Of a stretch of 64,000 bases of DNA, positions 9,897 to 21,232 are shown one piece after another. The notes under the pieces are model-generated. The model saw nothing but the letters and a program-made list of their open reading frames with translations. It had not been told where the DNA came from and ran no database searches. The translations under genes and the position numbers were made by a program. The DNA comes from a bacterium. Its GTDB lineage: Bacteria; SAR324; NAC60-12. The stretch's first letter is position 1, and each line of letters starts with the position of its first letter. Location: positions 416,001 to 480,000 of the forward strand of contig OZ242383.1 of NCBI GenBank assembly GCA_965209155.1, given 5' to 3'.

Positions 9897-11318
9897 CCAT
9901 GCCCAGTCCGGGAACCTGGGACTTTCCTCGACATCGTCAGGTGAAGTTTTTAATGCAGCCTTCTCATCTTCAAGTTGAGATTTTGTGGAAGCCGAGTCCC
10001 TCTTGGTCTCTTTCAAGAGAGAAACTGCAACTTTTTTCGTTGTTGATGTCCGCTCTTCAATACTGGATTCAGGGGAGGGAGTGATAAAATTTTCAGCTTT
10101 TTGAATGACATTTTCCGAGTTTTGTAAGTTTTGCAGAGTCTTCATCTCATCATTTTCAGCGGAGAATCCTGGGACTCCGATGTCAATGCTGGTCAAATTA
10201 CCTTTTCGTGATTCTCTCGTTTTCTTCAATTGTTCCGTATTCAGTGTTGCCTTTTCCCCATTTTTTGCCATGGAATTGTACAAAGGCAACTCCATGCTTT
10301 TGTATGATGGATCAGAGACAATCTGTTGAGCCATTTCGGAGGGAGTCTCTTCCCTTCCAAATCCGGTTGCAATCACTGTGATTTGAATTTGTTCACCCTG
10401 TTCGGGATGAATCGATGCTCCCCAGATGATCGTCGCTTCTTCATCAGCTTGTCCTTGGATAAAAGATGCGGCTTCATTTACTTCATGAAGCGTCAAAGAA
10501 TTTCCACCGACTATATTCACTAAAACACCCCAGGATCCAATAATTTCACAATCATTCAAAAGCGGACTATGAATGGCTCTTTCTGCGGCAGTAATAGCTC
10601 GATTATCTCCGCTTGCGGATCCCACTCCCATCACTGCCTTGCCCCCATTTTGCATCACCGTTTTTACATCTGCAAAATCGAGATTGATGATTCCTTCATT
10701 GGTGATCAAGTCTGAAATACCTTGGATAGCTTGTCTCAATATATCATCTGCCAAATTGAAGGCTTCTACCATTGAAGTCCTTTGATTGACCATTTCTAAT
10801 AAGTTATCGTTGGGAATTACAATCAAAGTGTCCACCTGGTCTTTCAATTCCCGCACTCCATGCTCCGCATTTTTTCTACGTTGTAATCCTTCAAATTTAA
10901 AGGGCAAGGTCACCACACCAACCGTCAGAGTCTCTGCTTCTTTAGCAATTTGTGCCACGATGGGTGCGCCTCCAGTGCCAGTACCGCCTCCCATTCCAGC
11001 GGTAATAAAGACCATATCGGCCCCAGATACGAATTCTCGAATCAAATCAGTATTTTCTATGGCAGCTTCCCTTCCTACATTGGGTTTGGCCCCGGCACCC
11101 AAACCTTTGGTGCAATTGACTCCCAATTGCAATTTGTAGGTCGCTGCTGAATTTCTCAAATCTTGCAGGTCTGTATTTGCCGCAATGAATTCAACTACCT
11201 GCGCATCCATCATCGTAACCATACGGTTGATTGCATTACCACCTCCACCCCCTATTCCAATCACCTTGATGACTGGAGTGTCAAATTGGGATTGCTTGAT
11301 ATCGGAAAATCCTAACAT
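9804..11318 (-). CDS. ftsZ: Cell division protein FtsZ
   Basis: GGGGGNA, GMGGGTGTG, NLDFAD, C-terminal LDIPTFIRR. Confidence 0.98.
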   Translation of the reverse strand: MLGFSDIKQSQFDTPVIKVIGIGGGGGNAINRMVTMMDAQVVEFIAANTDLQDLRNSAATYKLQLGVNCTKGLGAGAKPNVGREAAIENTDLIREFVSGADMVFITAGMGGGTGTGGAPIVAQIAKEAETLTVGVVTLPFKFEGLQRRKNAEHGVRELKDQVDTLIVIPNDNLLEMVNQRTSMVEAFNLADDILRQAIQGISDLITNEGIINLDFADVKTVMQNGGKAVMGVGSASGDNRAITAAERAIHSPLLNDCEIIGSWGVLVNIVGGNSLTLHEVNEAASFIQGQADEEATIIWGASIHPEQGEQIQITVIATGFGREETPSEMAQQIVSDPSYKSMELPLYNSMAKNGEKATLNTEQLKKTRESRKGNLTSIDIGVPGFSAENDEMKTLQNLQNSENVIQKAENFITPSPESSIEERTSTTKKVAVSLLKETKRDSASTKSQLEDEKAALKTSPDDVEESPRFPDWAWRKRHRSDFTNDLDIPTFIRRRAKKLGHDFR

Positions 11319-11339
11319 AATCCACCTTTTTGGATTGGA

Positions 11340-12578
11340 CTAGAAAAATTCATGCAACCAATCTTTCATGCGTCGTGAAACTTTATGAAATACATTGGTT
11401 TCATCTCCTGAAAATTGAAGCTTGCTTTGGCTATTGATCCCATACCTGACTAACCCGACGCTCGTGGCGTATTTGGGAGAATAGATCAACTCCTGGATAC
11501 CTGAAATGTTTTCCGGGAATCCTACTCGAACCGGGATGTTCAATACCTCGGATGCCAGTTCATCCGAACCCGGCATAATACAAGTTCCGCCTGTCACAAC
11601 GAGTCCCGAGGCGATCACATTGCGGTACTGAGATTTTTCAATTTCTGTGGCAATGAATTCAAAAATTTCACGGAATCGATCCTCGATTATTTCCGCTAAA
11701 ACTTGTTTGCGGATATTTCGGTTTCGCTGACCACCCACTCCCGAGACTTGAATCATCTCGTTTTTTTCAACCATCGAGACCATTGCGACGCCATGGTTGT
11801 GCTTGATCTCTTCAGCTTCTGCTAAAGGAGTACTCAGTCCAATGGCAACATCTTTGGTCAGGTGATCCCCCCCCAATGACAGAACCGCGGTGTGAACAAT
11901 ACTTCCTTCCGAATAAGTCGTGATGTCGGTTGTTCCTCCCCCTATGTCTACCAGTACTACCCCCACTTCCTGCTCATCTGAACTCAAAACGGCCTGACTG
12001 GATGCAAGGGGTTCCAGCACGATGTCTTCGACATCTAACCCTGCTTGGTTGCAACATTTAATTATATTCTGCGCAGAGGTCACTGAACCAGTGACGATAT
12101 GAACGTTCACTTCAAGACGGGTTCCCGACATGCCTAAGGGATTTTGCACGCCGTCCTGGTCATCGACAAGGAATTCCTGAGGGAGGATGTGGAGAACTTC
12201 CCGATCATTGGGAATGAGGACTTGCGCCGCATCAATCACTCGACGGATATCTTCTTCGGAAACCACCCGGTTGCGGTAAACCGTCACCATCCCATGGCTA
12301 TTGGTCCCCTTGATATGGTGACCGGCGATTCCTGCGTAGACTGAACTGATGGGCTGCCCACACATCAATTCGCATTCCTCTACTGCTTTTTTGATCGACT
12401 GAACTGTTTTTTCGATATTGACTACCACTCCTTTGCGTAATCCTTCTGATTTGGAAGTTCCCACACCTACGATGTTCAGGACTTCACCAGGATCTGATTC
12501 TGCCGCAATCGCGCAAATTTTCGTTGTACCAATATCTAACCCAACAATTACGTTTGTATTTTTATTTCGTGGTGGCAT
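11340..12578 (-). CDS. ftsA: Cell division protein FtsA
   Basis: GLDIGTTKI, DIGGGTTD, YATSVGL; adjacent to ftsZ. Confidence 0.97.
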   Translation of the reverse strand: MPPRNKNTNVIVGLDIGTTKICAIAAESDPGEVLNIVGVGTSKSEGLRKGVVVNIEKTVQSIKKAVEECELMCGQPISSVYAGIAGHHIKGTNSHGMVTVYRNRVVSEEDIRRVIDAAQVLIPNDREVLHILPQEFLVDDQDGVQNPLGMSGTRLEVNVHIVTGSVTSAQNIIKCCNQAGLDVEDIVLEPLASSQAVLSSDEQEVGVVLVDIGGGTTDITTYSEGSIVHTAVLSLGGDHLTKDVAIGLSTPLAEAEEIKHNHGVAMVSMVEKNEMIQVSGVGGQRNRNIRKQVLAEIIEDRFREIFEFIATEIEKSQYRNVIASGLVVTGGTCIMPGSDELASEVLNIPVRVGFPENISGIQELIYSPKYATSVGLVRYGINSQSKLQFSGDETNVFHKVSRRMKDWLHEFF

Positions 12579-12833
12579 CCATGCACCTTACAGGTTTTTA
12601 GGCGAATGATCGCTCTATTACCTTTTTTCAACGGAAAAGTCCTCTTTTCGTGTGGGACATAACCTGCAACTTAATCCCTTTTATACCTTTTGTCAATCAC
12701 GATATTAACTCAGCAGGTTGATTTACTATCAGAAATATCCTTTTCTGGCAAATTTTTTGTGAAGTCCCCTTGTGAAATCGGATTGGCGCATCATCTTGAT
12801 TAAATAATTTAAGATCAAGCAACCTCTATTTTC

Positions 12834-14222
12834 TCAATGAAATAATCTTCGAACTTTTTTTAAATTGAGAGAAGTACACACCACAATCACGCGATCCCCA
12901 TTTTGAATTTGTGTTTTTCCGACGGCTACTTCCCACCTGTTTCTACGAAAAACGCCACCGATGAGAATGCTTCCTTTTTCCAGTAATAAATGCAATTTAT
13001 ACAGGGGTTTGCGTGTGATGGGAGAATCATGAGCGGCAACCAGTTCTATCACTTCGACATCGACGCCGTGCAAATGAGCAACTGCGAGGAGTTCACTGCG
13101 ACGAATGAATTTAAGGATTTCATTAGCGGCCGAAATTTTCGCGTTCAAAGCGATATCCAGTCCTATGGTGGAAGCCAGGACCAGGTAATCTTCTTTGTTG
13201 ACCAAGGCAATTGTTTTCCCTCGACTTCCTTTTATATCCCGGTGCTGTTTATTGATCAAATGCTTTGCCAGTAAACAGCTTATAATATTGGTTTCGTTGT
13301 CTCCCGTGGTGGCAATAAAAGTTTCCATGTCCAAAAGACCTGCTAGCGCCAGAGCATTGGCATCGGTACCGTCTCCATGTAAAACAGTGGTGTTGGACAA
13401 AGTGGTTGCCAAATCCTGGGCACGTTTGGCATCTTTTTCAATCAATTTAATTTGAACTGTTCTTTCAAGAAGGCTGGCGATGCGGGAACCGATCAATCCT
13501 CCCCCCAATATCATCAAATTTTGAATATTTTGCTGTCGTATTCCCATCAGACTCATCAGTTTGGGAATGTCTTCGCTTCGTGCAAGAATAAAAATCTGAT
13601 CCAAGGGCAAGATCACATGCTTTCCCCCAGGGATAATCGTTGTGATTCCGCGACCGATGGCAACCACGCGGAAAGGAAATTCGTTGTAAATCATCGCAAT
13701 TTCCATCAACGGCTTGTTTGCGAGGGGAGACTTTTCCGCCACACGGAGTGCCAGCACTTTTATCTGATCTCCACCGACCTCGATCACGTCATTGGCAGCG
13801 GTACGTTGGATCAATCGCGCAATTTCCTGAGCAACCAACTCCTCTGGGTTGACCATCAAATCAATGCATAAATCCTTTTTTCCCAGGAGTTCTCCTGTCT
13901 CCCCGAAGTCAAGAGAACGGGTTCGAACGATCTTGTATTTGACGCCATAGCGATCGGCAATCAAAGCGGCAATCATATTTACCGCATCGTCATTGGTAGT
14001 AGCAATCACCAAATCCATTTTCTCAACTTGCGCTTTTTTCCAGGATTCGGTTTCCATGGCATTCCCTTCAATGGTTCTGCCATCAAGGGTCTCCGCGGCA
14101 ATTCGCACCAAGTCTCGATTGGATTCCACAATCGTCACGGCATATTCTTCATGGGTCAAACGTTTGGCGATATGGTAACCGATTCCGCCCGCTCCTAAAA
14201 TCAGGATGTTTTGAATAGCCAT
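12834..14222 (-). CDS. trkA: Trk potassium uptake regulatory subunit
   Basis: Two RCK_N (GAGGIG, GGGLIG) and two RCK_C domains. Confidence 0.92.
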   Translation of the reverse strand: MAIQNILILGAGGIGYHIAKRLTHEEYAVTIVESNRDLVRIAAETLDGRTIEGNAMETESWKKAQVEKMDLVIATTNDDAVNMIAALIADRYGVKYKIVRTRSLDFGETGELLGKKDLCIDLMVNPEELVAQEIARLIQRTAANDVIEVGGDQIKVLALRVAEKSPLANKPLMEIAMIYNEFPFRVVAIGRGITTIIPGGKHVILPLDQIFILARSEDIPKLMSLMGIRQQNIQNLMILGGGLIGSRIASLLERTVQIKLIEKDAKRAQDLATTLSNTTVLHGDGTDANALALAGLLDMETFIATTGDNETNIISCLLAKHLINKQHRDIKGSRGKTIALVNKEDYLVLASTIGLDIALNAKISAANEILKFIRRSELLAVAHLHGVDVEVIELVAAHDSPITRKPLYKLHLLLEKGSILIGGVFRRNRWEVAVGKTQIQNGDRVIVVCTSLNLKKVRRLFH

Positions 14223-14247
14223 TTAAAATCAAAAATGTAGAGAATTG

Positions 14248-15468
14248 TTAAATCAGTTCGTATTGAAAAAATCGGGCATTGAAGCGTTGTGGATTTTTAG
14301 AGGAAATATCCACTTCATACAAGTTCCCTGCTATGGAGACACTCGTTTTTCCATAAAAAACGTCAGGATCGTTTTTATATTCAAGACATTGGATAATAGC
14401 ATTGGCAATCCATTTTTCAATCTTCAATACAACCGTTTTTTTGCGTAAACGCCCCTGGTCGTCGCGATTCAAAATATTGGGGATGGTATTGGTTGTAATG
14501 AATTGATTCAAATGGGGCGAGTTGAGACTCTCGCGTCCTTCTGCTGAAATATAGGTATGGGTACAATAGAAGAATATATTCGCAGGTCTTGAATTTTCGT
14601 TTTCCATCAGTAATTCGATGCTGGCGGCAATGGTTCCCCCCGTGCGAACCATGTCATCCAAAATAAACACATCACGACCTTTCAGCAATTTCACATCATC
14701 GGAAATGTTTAATTCCACATTTCTCTGTCCGTAGCGAACTTTGTCCACGTTGACTAAAACCGATTTTTTTAAACCCGTGAATTCACGTACCCTGCTGACA
14801 AACCCCACTGCTCCGCTGTCTGGAGCCACAAAAGCCACGTTTATGCCTCCTTCTTCCAATCGAGCCAGTCCCGAACGTAAAATATAGTTGGCAACGATGT
14901 GGGAAATATCCAGATTGATAAAAGAAGGCTGGCTTGGGTGATTTTGATAGACCTCTTGATAAATCTTGGCCATCACTTGTGGTTTGTGATTGTGGACGGT
15001 CAAAACAAGATCCACTCCGGATTGTCGTAAAAGTCCCGCATAAAGACGTGCGGTCCAAGGCTGTCCAATGAATTTTTTTCGGGATTCAAAGTCGGTAATC
15101 TGTGGATGTTCCAAAGTACGGGGTCCGCGATCTTGAGCCGAGTAGAACAAATCAGGCTCGATCAAAGTGACAAAATCCGCTCCATTTTCCTTAGCCGCAG
15201 AAGCCAATAGGAAATTACGCAATGCTAACTCATTACGGGATGAATGTTGGGAGGTGGTGGAAACGATATAGACGGATTTACCTGCTAACCCATGTCCCAT
15301 GTTTTTTTCGTTGGGTTCATCCAACAAATAGCGGGGACAGAACTCACTATTGGCAAAATTCCTCAAAGATACCAGGTCCTGGATATCAATATCCTGTTGT
15401 TTGCCATAAGCCACCCCGATTGCAAAGGAGGCATCACCGACATTTGAAATTATGATGCTATCGCTCAT
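14248..15468 (-). CDS. prs: Ribose-phosphate pyrophosphokinase-like protein (divergent)
   Basis: YSAQDR, VAPDSGA, ILDDMVRTGGT, ITTNTIP; next to purine genes. Confidence 0.8.
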   Translation of the reverse strand: MSDSIIISNVGDASFAIGVAYGKQQDIDIQDLVSLRNFANSEFCPRYLLDEPNEKNMGHGLAGKSVYIVSTTSQHSSRNELALRNFLLASAAKENGADFVTLIEPDLFYSAQDRGPRTLEHPQITDFESRKKFIGQPWTARLYAGLLRQSGVDLVLTVHNHKPQVMAKIYQEVYQNHPSQPSFINLDISHIVANYILRSGLARLEEGGINVAFVAPDSGAVGFVSRVREFTGLKKSVLVNVDKVRYGQRNVELNISDDVKLLKGRDVFILDDMVRTGGTIAASIELLMENENSRPANIFFYCTHTYISAEGRESLNSPHLNQFITTNTIPNILNRDDQGRLRKKTVVLKIEKWIANAIIQCLEYKNDPDVFYGKTSVSIAGNLYEVDISSKNPQRFNARFFQYELI

Positions 15469-15494
15469 CTGGACCCGATGTATTGTCTGGTTAA

Positions 15495-16121
15495 TTAAGG
15501 GGAGATCACCGTTCTTCCTTTCACTTGAAGGGAATCTTCCGCAATCCAGCCGATGGCCTTGGGCAATATACGATGTTCTTCTTTTAATATGCGTGCCGAA
15601 AGGGTTGCTTCCGTATCATTTGAGAAAACCGGAACACTCGCTTGGATGATAATGGACCCGGTATCGACCCCTTCGTCCACAAAAAACACGGAGCACCCTG
15701 CGATCTTGACGCCATAGTTCAATGCTTGCCTTTGGGCGTGCATTCCCGGGAATGCGGGTAGGAGAGAAGGATGGACATTGATTAAACGATTTTTCCAAAC
15801 CTTGACGAATGACGAAGAAAGCAGTCTGGTAAAACCGGCGAGCACAACCAATTGAACCCCGTAATCTTCAAGAATTCGGGTCAATTCGGCATCAAATGCC
15901 TCTCGAGAATTGAAATCATGATGAGATACAAATTTAACATCGATGCCGTGACGTTTTGCCCGTACCAAAGCAAATGCCGTTTGTACGTTAGAGAGCACAA
16001 TTTTGGTTTCAATGGGAAGAATACCAGATTTTTGTTGATCTATAATAGCCTGCAAGTTCGTTCCGCTTCCGGAGACGAGAACACCCACGGGCAAAGCAGT
16101 ACGCTGGAGTGGGAAAGTCAT
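15495..16121 (-). CDS. purN: Phosphoribosylglycinamide formyltransferase
   Basis: SGSGTNLQAI, NVHPSLLPAFPG. Confidence 0.96.
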   Translation of the reverse strand: MTFPLQRTALPVGVLVSGSGTNLQAIIDQQKSGILPIETKIVLSNVQTAFALVRAKRHGIDVKFVSHHDFNSREAFDAELTRILEDYGVQLVVLAGFTRLLSSSFVKVWKNRLINVHPSLLPAFPGMHAQRQALNYGVKIAGCSVFFVDEGVDTGSIIIQASVPVFSNDTEATLSARILKEEHRILPKAIGWIAEDSLQVKGRTVISP

Positions 16122-17908
16122 AAGGAGGGCTCCAATCCAGCAACTTTTTGAGAGGCGACTATCTTTTGCTCCATTTCAATTTTATGGAGCATCAACTGCA
16201 TACGAAGATCAGTATAGCGTAATGAGAGAATTTGCACGGCAAGGATGGCCGCATTCTCTGTTCCGTTAGTTGCCATGGTAGCAACGGGTACTCCCGGTGG
16301 CATTTGGACAATCGCCAGCAAGGCATCCATTCCGTTGAGTGTCGAAACAATGGGCACTCCAATTACCGGTTTCGATGTTTCAGAAGCGACAACACCCGGA
16401 AGGTGGGCTGCCATACCTGCCACTGCAATAAAAACTTCAATCCCCATCGATTCCGAATCCCTGATAAATTGACGCGTTCGCTCCGGGGAACGATGAGCGG
16501 AAGATATCCATAACCGGTACCCCACACCAAACTTTTTCAAAATGGCTGTAGCCTTTTGCGCCACTTTCAAATCGCTGGCGCTACCCAGAACAATTCCTAC
16601 GCTTTTTTCAGGACGATTGTCCCGAAAATACAATAACCCTTTTGCTCCAATATCACGACGAAAGGTCAATCCGTCCCAATGGATACCATTGACAACTTTA
16701 TAGCATTCTGCCAGGGCCTTTTCCAAAGTGGCACCCAAAGCGGTCACTCCCAATACCCTTCCTCCGTTTGTTCGATAGACAGAACCATCCAGACGCGTAC
16801 CGGAATGGAAGACGTGGCATAATTCCTTTTCATCTTCGCGTTTTTCCCGGGGGATGGCGTCAATACCTGAAATGATTTTCCCACTTTCATATTTTCCAGG
16901 ATAGCCTTGAGAAACCAGCATCACGCATGCCCCCGCCTCTTCGTACCACTCGATTTCCTGCTCACTCAGAGTTCCTGCCAGAGTGGCCATCGCCAGCGTG
17001 ACTAAATCGCTTTTCAAACGCATCATCAAAGGCTGACACTCGGGATCTCCAAATCGACAATTGAATTCCACAACCCTGACATGTTCGTCATCAATCATGA
17101 GTCCGATATAAAGAACTCCTCGGTAGGGATTGCCTTCACAGGCCATCCCCGCAATGGTCGGTTTAACGATCTGGTGGATGACTATTTCTTCAATGACTGG
17201 CGTGACCACCGGGGCTGGAGAGTAAGCACCCATACCTCCCGTATTCAATCCGGTATCCAATTCTCCGATGGTTTTATAATCCTGACAAGAAGGGAGACAG
17301 ACAAAATTTCGCCCGTCAGTGAAAATGAAAAAGGATGCTTCTTCCCCGCTGACAAATTCTTCGATGACTACAGTTGTCCCGGCTTCCCCAAAGGCGTCTC
17401 CGGAGAGCATTTGATGAACCGTAGTTTTTGCTTGATCCAAGTCTTGACAGATCACCGAACCTTTCCCCGCCGTTAACCCGCTGGCCTTGACCACATAAGG
17501 AGCCTGGAGGGTCTCCAGGTATGAAAAGGCATTTTCTTTTTCTTGGAAGATACCGTAGTCAGCCGTTGGAATTTGGTGTCGTTGCATAAAATCTTTTGCA
17601 AATGCTTTGCTGCCTTCCAATGCGGCAGCAGCGGCGCTCGGACCAAATGCTTTGTTACCTTGGGCCTCTATCTGGTCAACCAACCCTGACACTAAATAGC
17701 CTTCTTGTCCGATAAAAGTGAGATCAATGTTTTCTTGCTGAATGAAAGATAAAATGGCATCGTGATTATCCAGAGAAACTGGTATTGCATCCGGACGCAT
17801 GCCGTCGTTTCCGGGTGCGACGAAGACTCTTGTCACTTGGGGGCTTTGCTTTATTTTCCAAACAAGGGAATGCTCCCTTCCGCCACTGCCGATCACTAAA
17901 ACCTTCAT
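16118..17908 (-). CDS. purD: GAR synthetase fused to N5-CAIR mutase (PurD-PurE fusion)
   Basis: N-terminal GSGGREH and EFNCRFGDPE; C-terminal GSASD, SAHRSP, AAHLPG, QMPPGVPVAT in one frame. Confidence 0.93.
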   Translation of the reverse strand: MKVLVIGSGGREHSLVWKIKQSPQVTRVFVAPGNDGMRPDAIPVSLDNHDAILSFIQQENIDLTFIGQEGYLVSGLVDQIEAQGNKAFGPSAAAAALEGSKAFAKDFMQRHQIPTADYGIFQEKENAFSYLETLQAPYVVKASGLTAGKGSVICQDLDQAKTTVHQMLSGDAFGEAGTTVVIEEFVSGEEASFFIFTDGRNFVCLPSCQDYKTIGELDTGLNTGGMGAYSPAPVVTPVIEEIVIHQIVKPTIAGMACEGNPYRGVLYIGLMIDDEHVRVVEFNCRFGDPECQPLMMRLKSDLVTLAMATLAGTLSEQEIEWYEEAGACVMLVSQGYPGKYESGKIISGIDAIPREKREDEKELCHVFHSGTRLDGSVYRTNGGRVLGVTALGATLEKALAECYKVVNGIHWDGLTFRRDIGAKGLLYFRDNRPEKSVGIVLGSASDLKVAQKATAILKKFGVGYRLWISSAHRSPERTRQFIRDSESMGIEVFIAVAGMAAHLPGVVASETSKPVIGVPIVSTLNGMDALLAIVQMPPGVPVATMATNGTENAAILAVQILSLRYTDLRMQLMLHKIEMEQKIVASQKVAGLEPSL

Positions 17909-17931
17909 TCTTTTACGTCAATGAGAATTTG

Positions 17932-19368
17932 TTATTCAGAGACGATGATATATTGCGATCCCTGTTGATTTTGAATGAGGAACAGGACGCCTTCCGCAAC
18001 ATTGGTTCCCTTGATTGCTGCTTTGAAACTTTCCACATTATCGATTGTTCGACGGTCGACTTCCACAATCAATGTTCCCACTTTCAAATTAGCCTTGTCT
18101 GCAGGAGATTGAGGTTCGATTTTGGTAATCAGAACACCTGTTCCAAGTTCGAAGTCATATTGCTCCGCAGTTTTTTCCGTTAAATCTTCAACAGTGACGC
18201 CCATAAAAGACTCTTCTGGTTGCCTCTGCGCTATCAAAGGATCTTTTGGTCTTTCTTCAAGCTTGACCTTGATGGTTTCTGTTTTGCCTTTACGGAAAAT
18301 TTCAATTTCTACAATCGTATCAGCTCTTGCAACAGCGACCATATTGCGAAATTGCGCGCTATTGCGTATAGATTTCCCATCCAATGCAATGACGACGTCA
18401 CCTTTTTGAATACCTGCTTTGCCGGCAGGCGTGTTTTTAAAGACCATCGTAATAAGAGAACCATTGGTACTATTCAAGCCAAACTTTTTCGCTAGTTGTC
18501 CGTTAATATCCTGAATCCCGACTCCCAACCAGCCTCGCGATACACTGCCTTTAGTGATCAGGTCTTCCATGATTTGACGAGCCATATTGATCGGAACCGC
18601 AAATCCAACTCCCTGGTAACTGCCACTTCTCGTAAAGATCGCAGTATTCACGCCAATGATCTCTCCTCTTAAATTGATCAATGGACCCCCGCTATTTCCC
18701 GGATTAATTGCCGCATCCGTTTGAATGAAATCTTCGTAGTCGGTGATCCCGATGTTGGATCGTCCTTTGGCACTGATGATTCCGAAAGTCACAGTTTGGG
18801 ACAAGCCAAAAGGATTACCAATCGCAATTACGGATTCCCCCACATCCATCACATCCGAATTGCCGAAAGGCAGCACAGGAAGGTCGTTTCCATCAATCTT
18901 AATCACGGCAAGATCAGAAGAAGGGTCAGCGCCGACTAGTTTGGCTTCCATCTCCCTACCGTCACTCATCATTACAAGAATTTTACTGGCACTGCCCACC
19001 ACATGATTGTTGGTTAGAATATAGCCATTCTTGTATAGAATCGATCCCGATCCCATGCCTTCCTGTCTGAATCGTGGAGGAGCATCAGGACGTTGCCTGA
19101 AAAAACGATCGAACAGTTCATTTTCCGAAGGGTCTTGGTTGCCGAATCTCCGACCTTGCGGGTTCATCTCGACTTCGATATGCACGACTGCATCCTGAAC
19201 TTTTTTAACAATTGCAGCCCGCGCTTTCGACGCAAGCATCAGGGCATTCATGGCATTTTCTACGTCGGCTTCTTCAGTAAACACCTGTTTTACCGCTATC
19301 AATAACAGGAAGCTCGAAACGAAAATAACTTTGATGTATTTCAACATTTTTTCTCCAACAAACTCCAT
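17932..19368 (-). CDS. HtrA/DegP family serine protease with two PDZ domains
   Basis: TNNHVV, IQTDAAINPGNSGG. Confidence 0.95.
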   Translation of the reverse strand: MEFVGEKMLKYIKVIFVSSFLLLIAVKQVFTEEADVENAMNALMLASKARAAIVKKVQDAVVHIEVEMNPQGRRFGNQDPSENELFDRFFRQRPDAPPRFRQEGMGSGSILYKNGYILTNNHVVGSASKILVMMSDGREMEAKLVGADPSSDLAVIKIDGNDLPVLPFGNSDVMDVGESVIAIGNPFGLSQTVTFGIISAKGRSNIGITDYEDFIQTDAAINPGNSGGPLINLRGEIIGVNTAIFTRSGSYQGVGFAVPINMARQIMEDLITKGSVSRGWLGVGIQDINGQLAKKFGLNSTNGSLITMVFKNTPAGKAGIQKGDVVIALDGKSIRNSAQFRNMVAVARADTIVEIEIFRKGKTETIKVKLEERPKDPLIAQRQPEESFMGVTVEDLTEKTAEQYDFELGTGVLITKIEPQSPADKANLKVGTLIVEVDRRTIDNVESFKAAIKGTNVAEGVLFLIQNQQGSQYIIVSE

Positions 19369-19667
19369 TTTTTACGTACTCGATGTTGCCTGGAAATCTT
19401 TTTCAATAACCCAACGTAACCTAAGACATATTGAACTCACTTGACAATAAATCAGTAAGTATAAATGTTCAGATTAAAAAATCAAACAATTCTCCCTTGC
19501 AAAATGAAAACAAACATCATCCTGTTTACAAGTCTTTCAAAATTTCTTATAGTAATCACTAAAAATCCAAGGGATCTCATTAAAATGGAAGATGTGTTTG
19601 AAGATCCACGTGTATGTTTCAAAACCGTTTTCCGGATCACCAACCCCCTGAATTGGAAAAGAACCCC

Positions 19668-21149
19668 ATGTTGCAAGAGAGAATGGATTCGAGTTTGACG
19701 TTTGATGATGTCCTGTTGATTCCGGAATATTCGGATGTCCTGCCCCATCAATGTTCCATCCAAACGCGACTCTCGCGAAATCTCAACTTGAATATTCCTC
19801 TGGTCAGTGCGGCAATGGACACGGTGACGGAATTTCAAACCGCAATTTCCATGGCGCAAGAGGGAGGAATCGGGACAATTCATAAAAACATGTCCATCAG
19901 TGAGCAAGCGAATCACGTGGAAAAGGTTAAACGTTCCGAGAGTGGTATGATCACCGATCCAATTACTGTTTCTCCTGAGCAACCGGTGCGGGATGCTATG
20001 GAATTAATGCAACAACATCAAATTTCCGGAGTGCCGGTCACGCGAGGAAAAGAACTGGTTGGCATTTTAACCAACAGAGATTTGCGATTTGAAACAAATT
20101 TTGAACAGCAAGTTGCAGCGGTGATGACGAGAGGAAGGGATAAATTGATTACGGTGTCGCTAGGTATTGATCCGGAAGAAGCAAAAAAATTGCTACACCG
20201 CCATCGAATCGAGAAATTGTTGGTTGTTTCGAGCGACTATGAATTGGAGGGTTTGATTACTATCAAAGATATAGAGAAGTCCAGACAATACCCCAACGCA
20301 AACAAAGATGAAGCCGGTCGACTTCGCGTAGCAGCCGCCATTGGTGTTTCCAGGGATATGTTGGAAAGAGTAGAAGCTTTGATACGTGCCGGAGCAGATG
20401 TTGTCGTTTTCGACACTGCCCATGGACATACCAAAAACGTGTTGGAAAATATTTCACTATTACGTGTGACATATCCTGATCTGGAACTCATCGGAGGGAA
20501 TGTTGCCACTGCGGAAGCAGCGCAAGCTCTCATTAAAGTTGGTGTGGATGCGGTAAAAGTGGGGATCGGACCCGGTTCCATTTGCACTACAAGAATGATT
20601 GCCGGAATTGGAACACCACAAATCACTGCAATCGATAAGGTACGTTCCGTCACGGATCGTTACGACATTCCCTTGATCTCTGATGGCGGGATCAGGTTTT
20701 CGGGAGACGTGGTGAAGGCATTGGCTTGTGGAGCGCATTCCGTGATGCTTGGCAATGCTCTGGCAGGGACTTCTGAAACACCAGGTTCGGTAATCCTGTA
20801 TCAAGGACGCCGTTATAAAATGTATCGTGGAATGGGTTCGATCGGAGCAATGAAAGAAGGAAGTAAAGACCGCTATTTTCAAAACGCGGTTGAAGATATG
20901 AAACTGGTTCCTGAAGGCATTGAAGGTCGAGTGCCTTATATAGGTCCCCTGGCTGAAACCCTGCATCAATTCATTGGAGGCTTACGAGCAGGTATGGGAT
21001 ACACAGGATGTCGAACCATCGAGGAGCTACGCAGCAAACCCCGTTTTGTAAGACTCACGAGTTCTGGTGTCAGGGAGAGCCATGTGCATGACGTGTTCGT
21101 TACCGAGGAAGCTCCCAACTATCCCACCATGAAATCCGACTCATTTTAA
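19668..21149 (+). CDS. guaB: IMP dehydrogenase
   Basis: LTFDDVLL, GIGPGSICTTR, CBS pair; start trimmed to MLQER. Confidence 0.97.
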   Translation: MLQERMDSSLTFDDVLLIPEYSDVLPHQCSIQTRLSRNLNLNIPLVSAAMDTVTEFQTAISMAQEGGIGTIHKNMSISEQANHVEKVKRSESGMITDPITVSPEQPVRDAMELMQQHQISGVPVTRGKELVGILTNRDLRFETNFEQQVAAVMTRGRDKLITVSLGIDPEEAKKLLHRHRIEKLLVVSSDYELEGLITIKDIEKSRQYPNANKDEAGRLRVAAAIGVSRDMLERVEALIRAGADVVVFDTAHGHTKNVLENISLLRVTYPDLELIGGNVATAEAAQALIKVGVDAVKVGIGPGSICTTRMIAGIGTPQITAIDKVRSVTDRYDIPLISDGGIRFSGDVVKALACGAHSVMLGNALAGTSETPGSVILYQGRRYKMYRGMGSIGAMKEGSKDRYFQNAVEDMKLVPEGIEGRVPYIGPLAETLHQFIGGLRAGMGYTGCRTIEELRSKPRFVRLTSSGVRESHVHDVFVTEEAPNYPTMKSDSF

Positions 21150-21232
21150 GAACCTGTTACAAATGCTGGAATGAGTGAAAATATTTTTTCTTCATCGGAA
21201 AGGTGTGTTGAGGGTGAGTAATTAATCTCATT

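Noticed and set aside
11340..12834. ftsA-ftsZ without ftsQ or the dcw cluster upstream
   Set aside because: Split dcw clusters are common; nothing further is visible here.
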